Sequence record: DRR378314_485 | Length of the DNA stretch: 64,000 bases | Direction: 5' to 3' (one strand) | Part shown: piece by piece, positions 51,387-61,087 of the stretch | Layout of the letters: every line of letters begins with the position of its first letter | Position numbering within the stretch: the stretch's first letter is position 1 | Notes under the pieces: model-generated | Told to the model about the DNA's origin: nothing | Databases searched by the model: none | Seen by the model: the letters and a program-made list of their open reading frames with translations, nothing else | Program-made: the position numbers and the translations under genes

Positions 51387-53019
51387 AAGCTTTCGGCTCC
51401 GGATCGGGCTCTATAGATGGGCTAAAAATAAGCGAGTTCGGCTGTTCCTGTAACAACTCAATTACCGGTTTTAACTCACGTGAGAGCTGCTCAATTTCAG
51501 TTAACGTTTGATTCAGCTGCTGTCGTGTCGGGGAACCTTCATTAAAACTGCCGGTAAGCTCTTTCAGCTGAATAAGATTTTGCTGCAATAACTGAGGCAA
51601 TTGCTTCATTTGTGGTTGCTCAACAATAGCCGCCAAACTTTCCGACACACTATCAAGCTTCCTGGCCGTACTGTCGACCGAACTCATCGCTGCCGAAAAG
51701 TCATTAAGTCCCTGCTCCAGTGGCAACTGATTGAACTTATCCAATAGCGCCGTTAACTTTTCTTCCAGTCGAGTGAAGTCACTAGCCATTGCCGGCATAA
51801 CCGGGTACCCGGCAAATATATCGTCGCCACTTTTCTCACCAGCGTTCGGATAAAAGCGAACATCGACAAATAAGGTATTGGTTAACAAGTTAGAGGCTCG
51901 GATATTCGCTCTTAAACCCTGCTTAAATAATTCTGGCAAACGTCTTTCCCAGTTTTCAATATCGGTATCGGCCACCAACCCTCTTAGGCGCTCAGGTTCA
52001 AAGCGAATAAGAATGGGAATACGTTTTAAAGGAGCTTCATCACCGTTTTCCGGGAACCAACGCAGCGGCACCTCTCTTACCGTGCCAACACGCACCCCTT
52101 TAAATTGAACAGGAGCTCCTTTTTCAAGACCCGCAATAGACTCATCCAGTAAAACAACGTAATCAATACCGTGAATATAGCCTTGCTGTTTTGCTTCCTC
52201 CAGACTTTCAAACAGCTCGAACTCCTGTTCACTGGTAAGCTTATCCCCCCGAGGCTGTCCTTCAGGAACACCAAAAGTCACACTGGCTCCCAATAGGGAC
52301 TCGATGGAGCCCAAAGCCAAGTCCAGTCCCTGAGAATTCCACTGAATAGAAACGCCCCGCTGCAACCAGAACCGCGTATTTTCGGTAATAAGCTCATCAT
52401 AAGGAGCCTTCACAAAAATTTGATATCGAGTTTGTCGTTCATCGACCTGAAACTCCGACTGCTCTACCTGACCAACGGTGAAGCCTTGATACTGCACTGA
52501 ATCACCTACTGTTACGCTGGTTTGCCCCTCGCTGGTCAAATTTAACCGACGCCCGGGAGTTTCTTGAGAAGTAACAGGCGGCTGCTCCAGTGCTTTAAAG
52601 TGCGACTGCTGCTCCTTAGAGTCACCTGGCTGCAAACGAATATACGCACCTGATAGTAAAGTTCCCAGCCCGCTAATTCCCTGTCGTCCGATTCTGGGTT
52701 TTACTACCCAAATTCGGGTTCCCGGATTTAACATTCGCTCGGTACCTTCGTTCATCGCCACTTCTATAACGGCCGAAGAAAAATCTTCCGACAAGCGCAC
52801 TTCAGTAACCTGTCCGACGTCTACGTTACGAACTTTCACCTGAGTTTTTCCGGCTTCGATGCCTTCGGCGTCCCCTACCGCCACAGTAATAGTGGGCCCA
52901 GTTCCGCGCGTATCCTGCCAAACCATCCACAGCGCTACAGCAAGAGCCAGCAGCGGTACAATCCAGACCGGTGATATGCCGGAAAATTTGCGGACCTTAG
53001 TCGTTGAACTCTCTGTCAT
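51379..53019 (-). CDS. pqiB: Intermembrane lipid transport protein PqiB (multi-MCE)
   Basis: ISPVWIVP, AEGIEAGKT, GISGLGTLLSGAYI, three MCE-like repeats, 546 aa. Confidence 0.92.
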   Translation of the reverse strand: MTESSTTKVRKFSGISPVWIVPLLALAVALWMVWQDTRGTGPTITVAVGDAEGIEAGKTQVKVRNVDVGQVTEVRLSEDFSSAVIEVAMNEGTERMLNPGTRIWVVKPRIGRQGISGLGTLLSGAYIRLQPGDSKEQQSHFKALEQPPVTSQETPGRRLNLTSEGQTSVTVGDSVQYQGFTVGQVEQSEFQVDERQTRYQIFVKAPYDELITENTRFWLQRGVSIQWNSQGLDLALGSIESLLGASVTFGVPEGQPRGDKLTSEQEFELFESLEEAKQQGYIHGIDYVVLLDESIAGLEKGAPVQFKGVRVGTVREVPLRWFPENGDEAPLKRIPILIRFEPERLRGLVADTDIENWERRLPELFKQGLRANIRASNLLTNTLFVDVRFYPNAGEKSGDDIFAGYPVMPAMASDFTRLEEKLTALLDKFNQLPLEQGLNDFSAAMSSVDSTARKLDSVSESLAAIVEQPQMKQLPQLLQQNLIQLKELTGSFNEGSPTRQQLNQTLTEIEQLSRELKPVIELLQEQPNSLIFSPSIEPDPEPKAYE

Positions 53020-54269
53020 TTATCTGCCTCTCGCCAGAATAAGCGTGTATCAAAACTCATCGCTGCAAGCATAGTAAGAACCACAGCTGCCGCGAATGAA
53101 ACCGCAGCACTGCCCGGATAAACCGACATAACGGAACCACTTCGAACCAACGCCACCAGTATCGCAACAACAAAAATATCGATCATTGACCAGCGCCCTA
53201 TCCAATCCGTCAGTTTGAATAAAATAAGACGGTGGCGAACCGTTTGCGGAGTTTGCCAGCGAGCTAATATTAGCAAAGTTATCAGCACCAGTACTTTAGC
53301 CACAGGTATTACCAGACTGGCGACAAAAACAATAGCCGCTATTGGTTTATCCCCACTTTGCCATAACTCCGTTACTCCGCCAATTATGGTTGACGGTTGG
53401 TCGCTACCAAATCGGACGGTTTCCATAACCGGTAACCAATGCGCTGGAATTAACATAATAGCGCCGGCAGTAATTAACGCGACCGTTGTGCCTGGCCTAC
53501 GCCACCAGGATGTTTTCTGTGGCTCTGTACATTGGTAACAAGTATCAGCGTTCTGAGAATTCAGCGCATAACATACTGGGCAAGTCTGTAATCCTTGTTC
53601 AAATGCTGTCATTCCGGGTTGACCGTCAGGTGCTGACTGTGACGTTTTAATCAAATGCCGCCAAACGGGTGTCTGTTTCACCCGCTCATAAACGAAAAGT
53701 AACAGCACAACAAAGGCGCTAAAGCTCCAGAAGCCCTCCAGTAAGCGAATATCTGCCAGGCTGGAGATCTTAACCAACGCCACCAAAGTGCCAAGCAGGA
53801 AAACGTCGGTCATTAACCAGGGCTTTAAGTGCTCAGTTAAACGCAGTAAATATAAACTGCCCCGGTTTCGCGCTGAATTCTTAGTGTGACTGTATACCCA
53901 AATCAGGCTCACCAGGTAAATAAACGGAATGAGAATAACTGTTAAAAGAACTAACACAGCCAATACTTTTTCGTGAAAATAAGAAAGCTGCCACGCAGTG
54001 TCCATTAGGGTCATTGACTGTTCAACACCGGCCGCAGAATAACGAATAAAGTCGACCGATAGACTGGCTAAAAGCATGACCAGAGCCGAGGTGGCTATTG
54101 CCACCAAAGTAAAATGCTCTGTTCTCCTGCCATGCTCCAGAACGTACCCGCAACGTGGGCACTCAGCGCGTTCATTCCCGGAAAGAGAGACGAGTCGGCT
54201 TACCCAGTCACATTGAGGGCAGCCGACAACATCATTCTTTTCGCTCTGCGTTATCCTGCTCGACGTCAT
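53016..54269 (-). CDS. pqiA: Paraquat-inducible protein A
   Basis: CPQC/CPRC and CPVC/CYQC motifs, PWLMTDVF, GRWSMIDIFVV, FDTRLFW. Confidence 0.92.
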   Translation of the reverse strand: MTSSRITQSEKNDVVGCPQCDWVSRLVSLSGNERAECPRCGYVLEHGRRTEHFTLVAIATSALVMLLASLSVDFIRYSAAGVEQSMTLMDTAWQLSYFHEKVLAVLVLLTVILIPFIYLVSLIWVYSHTKNSARNRGSLYLLRLTEHLKPWLMTDVFLLGTLVALVKISSLADIRLLEGFWSFSAFVVLLLFVYERVKQTPVWRHLIKTSQSAPDGQPGMTAFEQGLQTCPVCYALNSQNADTCYQCTEPQKTSWWRRPGTTVALITAGAIMLIPAHWLPVMETVRFGSDQPSTIIGGVTELWQSGDKPIAAIVFVASLVIPVAKVLVLITLLILARWQTPQTVRHRLILFKLTDWIGRWSMIDIFVVAILVALVRSGSVMSVYPGSAAVSFAAAVVLTMLAAMSFDTRLFWREADK

Positions 54270-56061
54270 TTTCTTCAGGCTCCGCTGAAATCATGGCTAT
54301 TACTGTCCAACCCGACTGTGGTATCAATTCCCTTTCAGTGGTAAAAATATGGAGTTTTTCGGCATCGTCCAGCGCAAACATCGGCAACGCACGAGTTCCA
54401 TACTTCTGCTGGTAGTCTGCAAAACTAAAACTGTCGGTAATAGGTGTCGACTTAATTTTAGCGCCTTTAAAATGCAGGCTTGCAAGCTTTGAATAGGTTA
54501 CGCTGTCGCCAAATAAGTTTAATGTCTTGCGGTAACTTTCGGTCAACTGATGGCTGGCTCGGTAATCCTGCTCTCCACCGTTTAAACCATGCACTTTTCT
54601 GGAACCAAACCAATCCTGATAGTACATAGACACTAAGGGGTTCAGCTGTTTGTAGGGCGACATAACCAACAACTGTCCAAGGCCGGTTAAATCAATATTA
54701 TTAGCTGCGTGTTCAGAAGCCGGGTTACCAAAATACACAGGTAAGTTATCCATTCGCGCTAACTTGATGTTTTCCCAGTTGGTATCAGCCAGGCGAACCG
54801 GAATGCCGCTTTCCTGTATGCTTTTTGCAACCGCCCGCGCCATTTGGTTGGCACCGAAAATTAAGAACCCTTTGGCTTGAGGTTCCAGCAGCCCAAGCAT
54901 TCTGGCCAGCGGTTTTGCAGTTAAACTCTGCAATACAACGGTGGTCATTATCACTAGAAAAACCAACGGAACAACCGCCGCGGCTTCAGTCCAGCCTGAC
55001 TCTTCCATTTTTAATGCGAACAATGCAGAAACTGCCGCCGCTACAATACCACGGGGGGCTATCCAGGATAATAGGACCTTATCTTTAAACCTCAGCTCGG
55101 TTCCTATCGCAGACAACCAAACAGCCAGAGGGCGCACCGCAAACAAAATAATGGCAATTAGAATAACTGCGGGCATTCCCAACGCATCAAACTCTGCAAA
55201 ATCCAGCCGCGCTGCCAAAATAATGAAAAGCGCAGAAATAAGGAGCACACTGAGAGTTTCCTTAAACTCTAGTATTTCTTCCATATTGAGGTTACGCGTA
55301 TTGGCCATAACCATACCCATAACCGTAACGGTTAATAAGCCGGATTCATGTTGAATAGCGTTGGATAACGCGAAAACTCCCAGCACTATGGTCAGGGTAG
55401 CAACGTTTTGTAAATAATGCGGGAACCAGCCACGACCTAAAGCTAAACCTAACAGGCGAGCAGCGCCCCAGCCCAGAGCAAAACCCAGAGCAATGGTTGT
55501 CGCGAAAGCCTGCAACGCGTGCAGGAAAGCGACATCCTGACTGGCAATAATAAACTCGTATACCAATACCGCGAGCAAAGCACCCAGCGGATCAATAATA
55601 ATGCCTTCCCAGCGTAGAATATTTGCTAACTTATTAATCGGCCGGATAGAGCGTATCATAGGCTGAATAACGGTAGGCCCCGTTACCACAACAAGTGCGC
55701 CAAACAAGGCTGAAATTTCCCAGCCATAGCCCATAATAAAGTGCGTTAGCACCGCTATAACAATAAAGGTTACCAGCATGCCTATGCTGACCAGATTGGT
55801 TACCATACGGCCATGACCACGAATTTCTTCAAACTTAAGGGTCAGGCTGCCTTCGAATAAAATAACCGCTACCGCTAACGAGACAAAAGGAAATAACAAG
55901 TCTTCAAATAGCGAGTCGGGTTCAAGTAACCCCAAAGTAGGCCCTAGCAATAAGCCACAAATTAATAACGGCAGTATTGCCGGCAACTTAATACGCCACG
56001 CTAACCACTGACAACTAATGGACAATACGCCAATCAGGGCAAGCATCGATAAGTCAGACAT
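54232..56061 (-). CDS. CPA1/NhaP-type cation:proton antiporter with C-terminal RCK-like domain
   Basis: ILFEGSL, VTGPTV, WEGIIIDP, APRGIVAA; C-terminal GFLIFGA Rossmann-like domain; start at ATG 56061. Confidence 0.9.
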   Translation of the reverse strand: MSDLSMLALIGVLSISCQWLAWRIKLPAILPLLICGLLLGPTLGLLEPDSLFEDLLFPFVSLAVAVILFEGSLTLKFEEIRGHGRMVTNLVSIGMLVTFIVIAVLTHFIMGYGWEISALFGALVVVTGPTVIQPMIRSIRPINKLANILRWEGIIIDPLGALLAVLVYEFIIASQDVAFLHALQAFATTIALGFALGWGAARLLGLALGRGWFPHYLQNVATLTIVLGVFALSNAIQHESGLLTVTVMGMVMANTRNLNMEEILEFKETLSVLLISALFIILAARLDFAEFDALGMPAVILIAIILFAVRPLAVWLSAIGTELRFKDKVLLSWIAPRGIVAAAVSALFALKMEESGWTEAAAVVPLVFLVIMTTVVLQSLTAKPLARMLGLLEPQAKGFLIFGANQMARAVAKSIQESGIPVRLADTNWENIKLARMDNLPVYFGNPASEHAANNIDLTGLGQLLVMSPYKQLNPLVSMYYQDWFGSRKVHGLNGGEQDYRASHQLTESYRKTLNLFGDSVTYSKLASLHFKGAKIKSTPITDSFSFADYQQKYGTRALPMFALDDAEKLHIFTTERELIPQSGWTVIAMISAEPEENDVEQDNAERKE

Positions 56062-56152
56062 AATTTCTCCGCTGAAAGTAAGTCGTTTTAGAATAGCAGA
56101 AGCTAACACTCTGACTACCCTCAAATAGCGAATTTAGATGACTATTTTTTTA

Positions 56153-56171
56153 AATGAGAATGGCTATCATT
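56153..56171 (+). promoter_or_regulatory. Fur box
   Basis: AATGAGAATGGCTATCATT versus AATGATAATnATTATCATT; overlaps the -35 region of a TGaTATAAT (56184-56192) promoter upstream of the Fe3+ ABC genes. Confidence 0.8.
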
Positions 56172-56235
56172 ATTCGCTTTGTTTGATATAATCGTCGCGT
56201 TTCTCTTAAAATAGTTCGTTAAGGAGTCATCTGAA

Positions 56236-57261
56236 ATGCGTAAATTTCATTCACTACTGGCAATACTTGCTGCGACTTCTGCGACACTGGTGTCCTTCAC
56301 TAGCGCCGCCGCTGAAGTTAATATTTACTCAGCCCGAAAAGAAGCGCTGATCAAACCCGTTTTGGAAAAATTCACTGAAGAAACCGGCATCGAAGTTAAT
56401 TTATTAACCGGTAAAGCGGACGCGTTGCTGGCCCGATTGAACTCCGAAGGCGAGAACACCCCGGCGGATCTATTTTTAACCGTTGACGCAGGTGCTCTTC
56501 ACCGCGCCGTTGAAGCAGACGCGTTTCAGGCGGTAAACTCTGACGAAATTAATTCAGCCGTTCCTTCTCATTTTCGCTCTACCGACAACCTTTGGTTCGG
56601 ATTAAGTTTACGCGCCCGCCCCATTTTTTACTCGCCAGAGCGCGTTAACCCGGACGAACTGGACTCTTATTTAAGCCTCGCAGATGAAAAATGGAACGAC
56701 CGTATCTGCATCCGCTCTTCCAATAATCTGTATAACCAGTCGTTAGTTGCTGCGCTAATTGAACACCACGGCGCAGAAAAAACTGAAGAATGGGCAGAAG
56801 ACTTTGTCGAAAACTTTGCTCGCAAACCCGTTGGTGGCGACCGCGACCAAATTAAAGGCGTAGCTTTTGGTGTTTGTGATATCGCTATTGCCAATACCTA
56901 TTACTTTGGTCATATGCTGAACTCCGACGACGCAGAAGAGCGTTCAGCGGCCGAAAAAGTTAAAATATTCTGGCCAGCACAGGACAAACAAGGCGCTCAT
57001 GTAAACGTCTCTGGCATAGGCATTACCAAACACGCTAAAAACGTTGACGAAGCTCAAAAGCTCATCGAGTTCCTGGTCTCTGAAGAATCACAAAAATGGT
57101 ATGCTCAGGCCAACTATGAATACCCGGTTCGCGAAGGCGTCGAATGGAGTGAAACACTCCAGCAGTGGGGTGACTTTAAACAGGATGACATTGAAATGGA
57201 TATTCTGGGTGAGAATAACGGCGACGCTGTGCGTTTAATGAACCGTGCCGGCTGGCGTTAA
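56236..57261 (+). CDS. fbpA: Fe3+ ABC transporter substrate-binding protein (FutA/FbpA-like)
   Basis: EVNIYSAR, YNQSL, GGDRDQI, ANTYY Tyr ligands, NYEYP. Confidence 0.9.
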   Translation: MRKFHSLLAILAATSATLVSFTSAAAEVNIYSARKEALIKPVLEKFTEETGIEVNLLTGKADALLARLNSEGENTPADLFLTVDAGALHRAVEADAFQAVNSDEINSAVPSHFRSTDNLWFGLSLRARPIFYSPERVNPDELDSYLSLADEKWNDRICIRSSNNLYNQSLVAALIEHHGAEKTEEWAEDFVENFARKPVGGDRDQIKGVAFGVCDIAIANTYYFGHMLNSDDAEERSAAEKVKIFWPAQDKQGAHVNVSGIGITKHAKNVDEAQKLIEFLVSEESQKWYAQANYEYPVREGVEWSETLQQWGDFKQDDIEMDILGENNGDAVRLMNRAGWR

Positions 57262-57283
57262 TTTACTACCAGGAGACGTATAG

Positions 57284-58912
57284 ATGAACCGTGGCACGCT
57301 GTTGCTGTTTGCCGTCGCGGTCTTGATAGGGCTACCACTCATAGTGGTAGCTTTGTCGTTACTGAACCCTCAATGGGACACTCTGCAACATCTTTGGCAA
57401 ACCGTGATACCGGAATACATCGGTCATTCAGTGATCTTATTATTCGCTGTCGGTACCGGTGTCACTTTGCTCGGGGTAAGTACGGCCTGGTGCATTAGTC
57501 AATACGATTTTCCCGGCTGGCGTTGGTTAAGCTGGGCGTTATTGCTGCCACTGGCTATGCCTGCCTACATTACAGCTTATACCTATACAAGCCTGCTCGA
57601 TTATGCCGGCCCGGTACAGGGGGTTATCCGGGACATTTTCTCTGTCAATATAGGTGAGTACTGGTTTCCTGAAATACGCAGCCTGAACGGTGCTATCTTT
57701 GTTCTTTGTATTGTTCTTTACCCCTACGTCTACCTTATTACACGCTCCGCTTTCATGCAGCAATCAACAACCGCGTTTGAAAGTGCAAAAACTCTGGGCG
57801 CCAGCTCATTACGAAGTTTCTGGAAAGTTGCTCTGCCACTGGCGCGACCGGCTATAGCAACAGGCGTCACTCTGGCGTTAATGGAAACTCTGGCTGATTA
57901 CGGCACCATGGAATACTTCGGCGTCACAGTGTTTACCACAGGTATCTTCCGCACCTGGTATGGCATTGGCGATGCGCAGGGAGCGCTGCAACTGTCCGCT
58001 TTATTGCTGGTATTCGTCATTATTTTGATAATGGTTGAACGTTACTCCAGACGTCGCGCTCGTTTTTATCAACAGCGCTCTGCAACCAAGCCTCCTCAGC
58101 GGCGACCACTAAGCGGCTGGCGAGCGGCTCTGGCTTCGCTGGTCTGCTGGCTGCCCGTTGTGCTTGGCTTTGTTATACCAGCGACACAACTGCTCTTGTG
58201 GTCGGTTCAGAAATCAGAAATATGGCAGCAAAGCGAATTCTGGATGTTAACCTTCAACACACTCTGGTTAGGCTTATTAGCGGCGTTGATCACTGTTGCT
58301 CTGGCATTATGGCTTGCTTACGGTCGCCGGCGCCACCCTACCCGACCTTTACGCGCGGCTATCAGTCTGGCGGGCATGGGCTACGCTATTCCCGGTATTG
58401 TTATAGCCGTTGGATTGTTATCGCCTTTAGCCTGGCTAGACAATCAAATTATCAGTATCAGCGAATGGTTATTCGACTTTAATCCCGGTTTATTATTCTC
58501 TGGTACCGTTGTCGCGCTTTTGTTTGCCTACAGTGTCCGGTTTTTATCGGTGTCCTTGCAAACCGTTAACTCGGGGCTGGAACAAATCACACCGCAAATG
58601 GACGATACAGCGAGAACTCTGGGCGCCAGCGGTAAACGTATTTTATGGCGGGTTCACTTACCCTTGCTTCGCAGCCCGTTATTGGCGGCGTTAATTTTGG
58701 TGCTGGTCGATGTGATGAAAGAACTGCCCGCCACGCTGGTATTACGTCCATTTGATTTTAACACTCTGGCAGTGCGCGCATTCGAAATGGCCTCTGATGA
58801 ACGCTTAGCTGATGCCGGGCCCCCCGCATTGATGATTGTCGCAGTCGGGCTAATTCCGGTTATTATGCTGTCCCGGGCCTTACGCAGTAAAACACTGAAA
58901 GCAGGAGAGTAA
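57284..58912 (+). CDS. fbpB: Fe3+ ABC transporter permease
   Basis: Two ABC TM domains with EAA-like loops (ESAKTLGA, DTARTLGA), KELPATL. Confidence 0.9.
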   Translation: MNRGTLLLFAVAVLIGLPLIVVALSLLNPQWDTLQHLWQTVIPEYIGHSVILLFAVGTGVTLLGVSTAWCISQYDFPGWRWLSWALLLPLAMPAYITAYTYTSLLDYAGPVQGVIRDIFSVNIGEYWFPEIRSLNGAIFVLCIVLYPYVYLITRSAFMQQSTTAFESAKTLGASSLRSFWKVALPLARPAIATGVTLALMETLADYGTMEYFGVTVFTTGIFRTWYGIGDAQGALQLSALLLVFVIILIMVERYSRRRARFYQQRSATKPPQRRPLSGWRAALASLVCWLPVVLGFVIPATQLLLWSVQKSEIWQQSEFWMLTFNTLWLGLLAALITVALALWLAYGRRRHPTRPLRAAISLAGMGYAIPGIVIAVGLLSPLAWLDNQIISISEWLFDFNPGLLFSGTVVALLFAYSVRFLSVSLQTVNSGLEQITPQMDDTARTLGASGKRILWRVHLPLLRSPLLAALILVLVDVMKELPATLVLRPFDFNTLAVRAFEMASDERLADAGPPALMIVAVGLIPVIMLSRALRSKTLKAGE

Positions 58913-59971
58913 ATGAGCACATTACTGAATATTGACGCAGTCAGCATCCAGCTCTCCGGTGACCTCATCGTCGACAGACTGAGTTTGTCTCTGGAGCCGG
59001 GTGAGATAGGTTGCCTGCTAGGCCCCAGTGGCTGTGGGAAAACCACTTTGCTGCGCGCTATTGCCGGCTTTATTCCGGTTTCCGGCGGACAAGTTGAGCT
59101 GCACGGAAAAACGGTCTCATCCAGCCAGGTGCAAGTACCAACCGAGCAAAGAGAAGTTGGTATGATGTTCCAGGATTTTTCATTATTCCCCCACTTAACT
59201 GTGGCCGACAATATCCGTTTTGGCATTAATCGATTACCCAAAAAGCAGCAGGAAGAGCGAGTTAAAGAGCTGCTCATCCGCATTGGTCTTAACGGTTATC
59301 AAAATCGCTACCCGCACGAGCTATCCGGAGGGCAGCAACAACGGATTGCTCTGGCCCGCGCTCTGGCTCCGAAACCTAAATTGATGCTGCTTGATGAGCC
59401 CTTCTCCAGTCTTGATGCCGAACTACGCGAAGTGCTGGCTCACGACGTTAGACGATTGCTAAAAGAAGAAGGTATTACCGCATTACTGGTGACTCATGAT
59501 CAGCAAGAAGCTTTTGCTATGGCAGATAAATCCGGCGTGATGTATTCAGGTCAGCTACTGCAGTGGGAAACGCCTTATGCCCTTTATCATCAACCAACGC
59601 ATCAACTGGTCGCCGACTTTATTGGCCGCGGCGTTTTGCTGAATGGCGAAATAAGAGAACATCAATTACATTGTGCATTTGGAATCATAGAGCACTCTCA
59701 GTTGCACAACAAACCCGACATGAGTGTTAACTTTTTAGTTCGCCCCGATGATGTATTAATTAATAACGATAGCAGTATGCAGGCCATAGTGGTTGGCTGC
59801 GGTTTTCGTGGTTCGCATTATCTCTATACTCTGGAGCTGGCCGACACCAGTCACGTGTTGGCGGTCGGTCCATCACACCAACCGTTAAAAACAGGCGAAC
59901 AAATTGGAATTGATATCGACTTTGATCATTTGGTCGTATTCGACTCGTCTTTGTGCGAGTTGCCCGACTAA
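58913..59971 (+). CDS. fbpC: Fe3+ ABC transporter ATPase
   Basis: GPSGCGKT, LSGGQQQR, LLDEPF, THD, C-terminal TOBE-like region. Confidence 0.9.
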   Translation: MSTLLNIDAVSIQLSGDLIVDRLSLSLEPGEIGCLLGPSGCGKTTLLRAIAGFIPVSGGQVELHGKTVSSSQVQVPTEQREVGMMFQDFSLFPHLTVADNIRFGINRLPKKQQEERVKELLIRIGLNGYQNRYPHELSGGQQQRIALARALAPKPKLMLLDEPFSSLDAELREVLAHDVRRLLKEEGITALLVTHDQQEAFAMADKSGVMYSGQLLQWETPYALYHQPTHQLVADFIGRGVLLNGEIREHQLHCAFGIIEHSQLHNKPDMSVNFLVRPDDVLINNDSSMQAIVVGCGFRGSHYLYTLELADTSHVLAVGPSHQPLKTGEQIGIDIDFDHLVVFDSSLCELPD

Positions 59972-60044
59972 CTGATGCGTAAAACAAATGACAAGTTGAA
60001 TACCTCACTATAGACTCTGAATAATTGTCATATGTGAGGATTCT

Positions 60045-60986
60045 ATGGATTTTTTAATTGACGCATGGGATTTCAGTCAACATCCCGCAAAACAACTTCA
60101 GTCGCCATCGCGCGCCACAGAAAACACCTGGTTTCATTTTCAGCGTGATGCCGAAGGGTTAACCGAATGGTTAACTCAAGCCGGTATACCAGAACCTCTT
60201 ATTGATGCGGTACTGGAAGAAGATACCCGTCCTCGTTTTCAGCGTTTACCCGACGGTTTTATGCTGTTGCTACGGGGTGTTAATTTAAACACGGGTGAAT
60301 CTCCCGAAGACATGCTCAGTCTGCGTCTACTGTATTATAAGGGCGCGTTGTACAGTTTTCGTAAACGTCCTTTTTTATCCGTAGCAAAATTGCGTGAGCA
60401 ACTTGGTCAACAAATAGGGCCGGAGTCGTTACACGACTTTATCGTTGCCCTAATTGAGCAATTAAACTTACGAATTGAAGATGTGGTGTCCTCAGCGGAG
60501 CAAAAATTGGAAGCTATTGAGGGTGAAGGCTTTGATAATACCGCATCGGTTCAGATAAAACTCACCGCTTTGCATCGTCGTCTGTTACGCCTTAACCGCT
60601 TTATCCGCCCGCAGTTGGCCGCTTTAGAAAAACTCAGTACCGAAACCGAAAAGGTTATGAGCACAGAGTTGCACCAATGGCTTATCAACGAGCGCGATAC
60701 CACTCAGCGCTTATTCGAGCAAATTGACCTGATGCTGGAGCAAATCTGGATGCAGCGCGAGCAACTGCAGCAAGCCATAGCCGAAAAAATGAATCGCAAC
60801 ACCTATTGGCTCTCGGTTATTGCCGGAGTGTTTTTACCCCTCAGTTTTTTAACCGGTGTTTTTGGAATAAACATTGGTGGTATGCCCGGGGTAGAAAGCG
60901 AAGGTGCATTTATGATTTTCTGTGGTGCGCTGGTAATTATCGCGATTGTCGAATTCCTGTTGTTGAGACGCCTGAGATTCTGGTAA
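60045..60986 (+). CDS. CorA/ZntB family divalent cation transporter
   Basis: EDTRPR, LRGVNLN, FLPLSFLTGVFGINIGGMP (ZntB-type GIN signature), two C-terminal TMs. Confidence 0.88.
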   Translation: MDFLIDAWDFSQHPAKQLQSPSRATENTWFHFQRDAEGLTEWLTQAGIPEPLIDAVLEEDTRPRFQRLPDGFMLLLRGVNLNTGESPEDMLSLRLLYYKGALYSFRKRPFLSVAKLREQLGQQIGPESLHDFIVALIEQLNLRIEDVVSSAEQKLEAIEGEGFDNTASVQIKLTALHRRLLRLNRFIRPQLAALEKLSTETEKVMSTELHQWLINERDTTQRLFEQIDLMLEQIWMQREQLQQAIAEKMNRNTYWLSVIAGVFLPLSFLTGVFGINIGGMPGVESEGAFMIFCGALVIIAIVEFLLLRRLRFW

Positions 60987-61008
60987 ACCTGACTTATATC
61001 AAAGCGGT

Positions 61009-61024
61009 TTAGACCTAAGTCGAA
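61009..61024. promoter_or_regulatory. CrbR/ErdR-like activator site
   Basis: TTAGAC-CTAA-GTCGAA (GAC-N4-GTC inverted repeat), centred about -42 relative to a TATGCT -10 at 61047-61052. Confidence 0.6.
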
Positions 61025-61087
61025 TAGGAAATTTAAGCCAACAGAATATGCTTAAAGGCTCTGCATAAAAGGATTTGAGGTAGTGCT

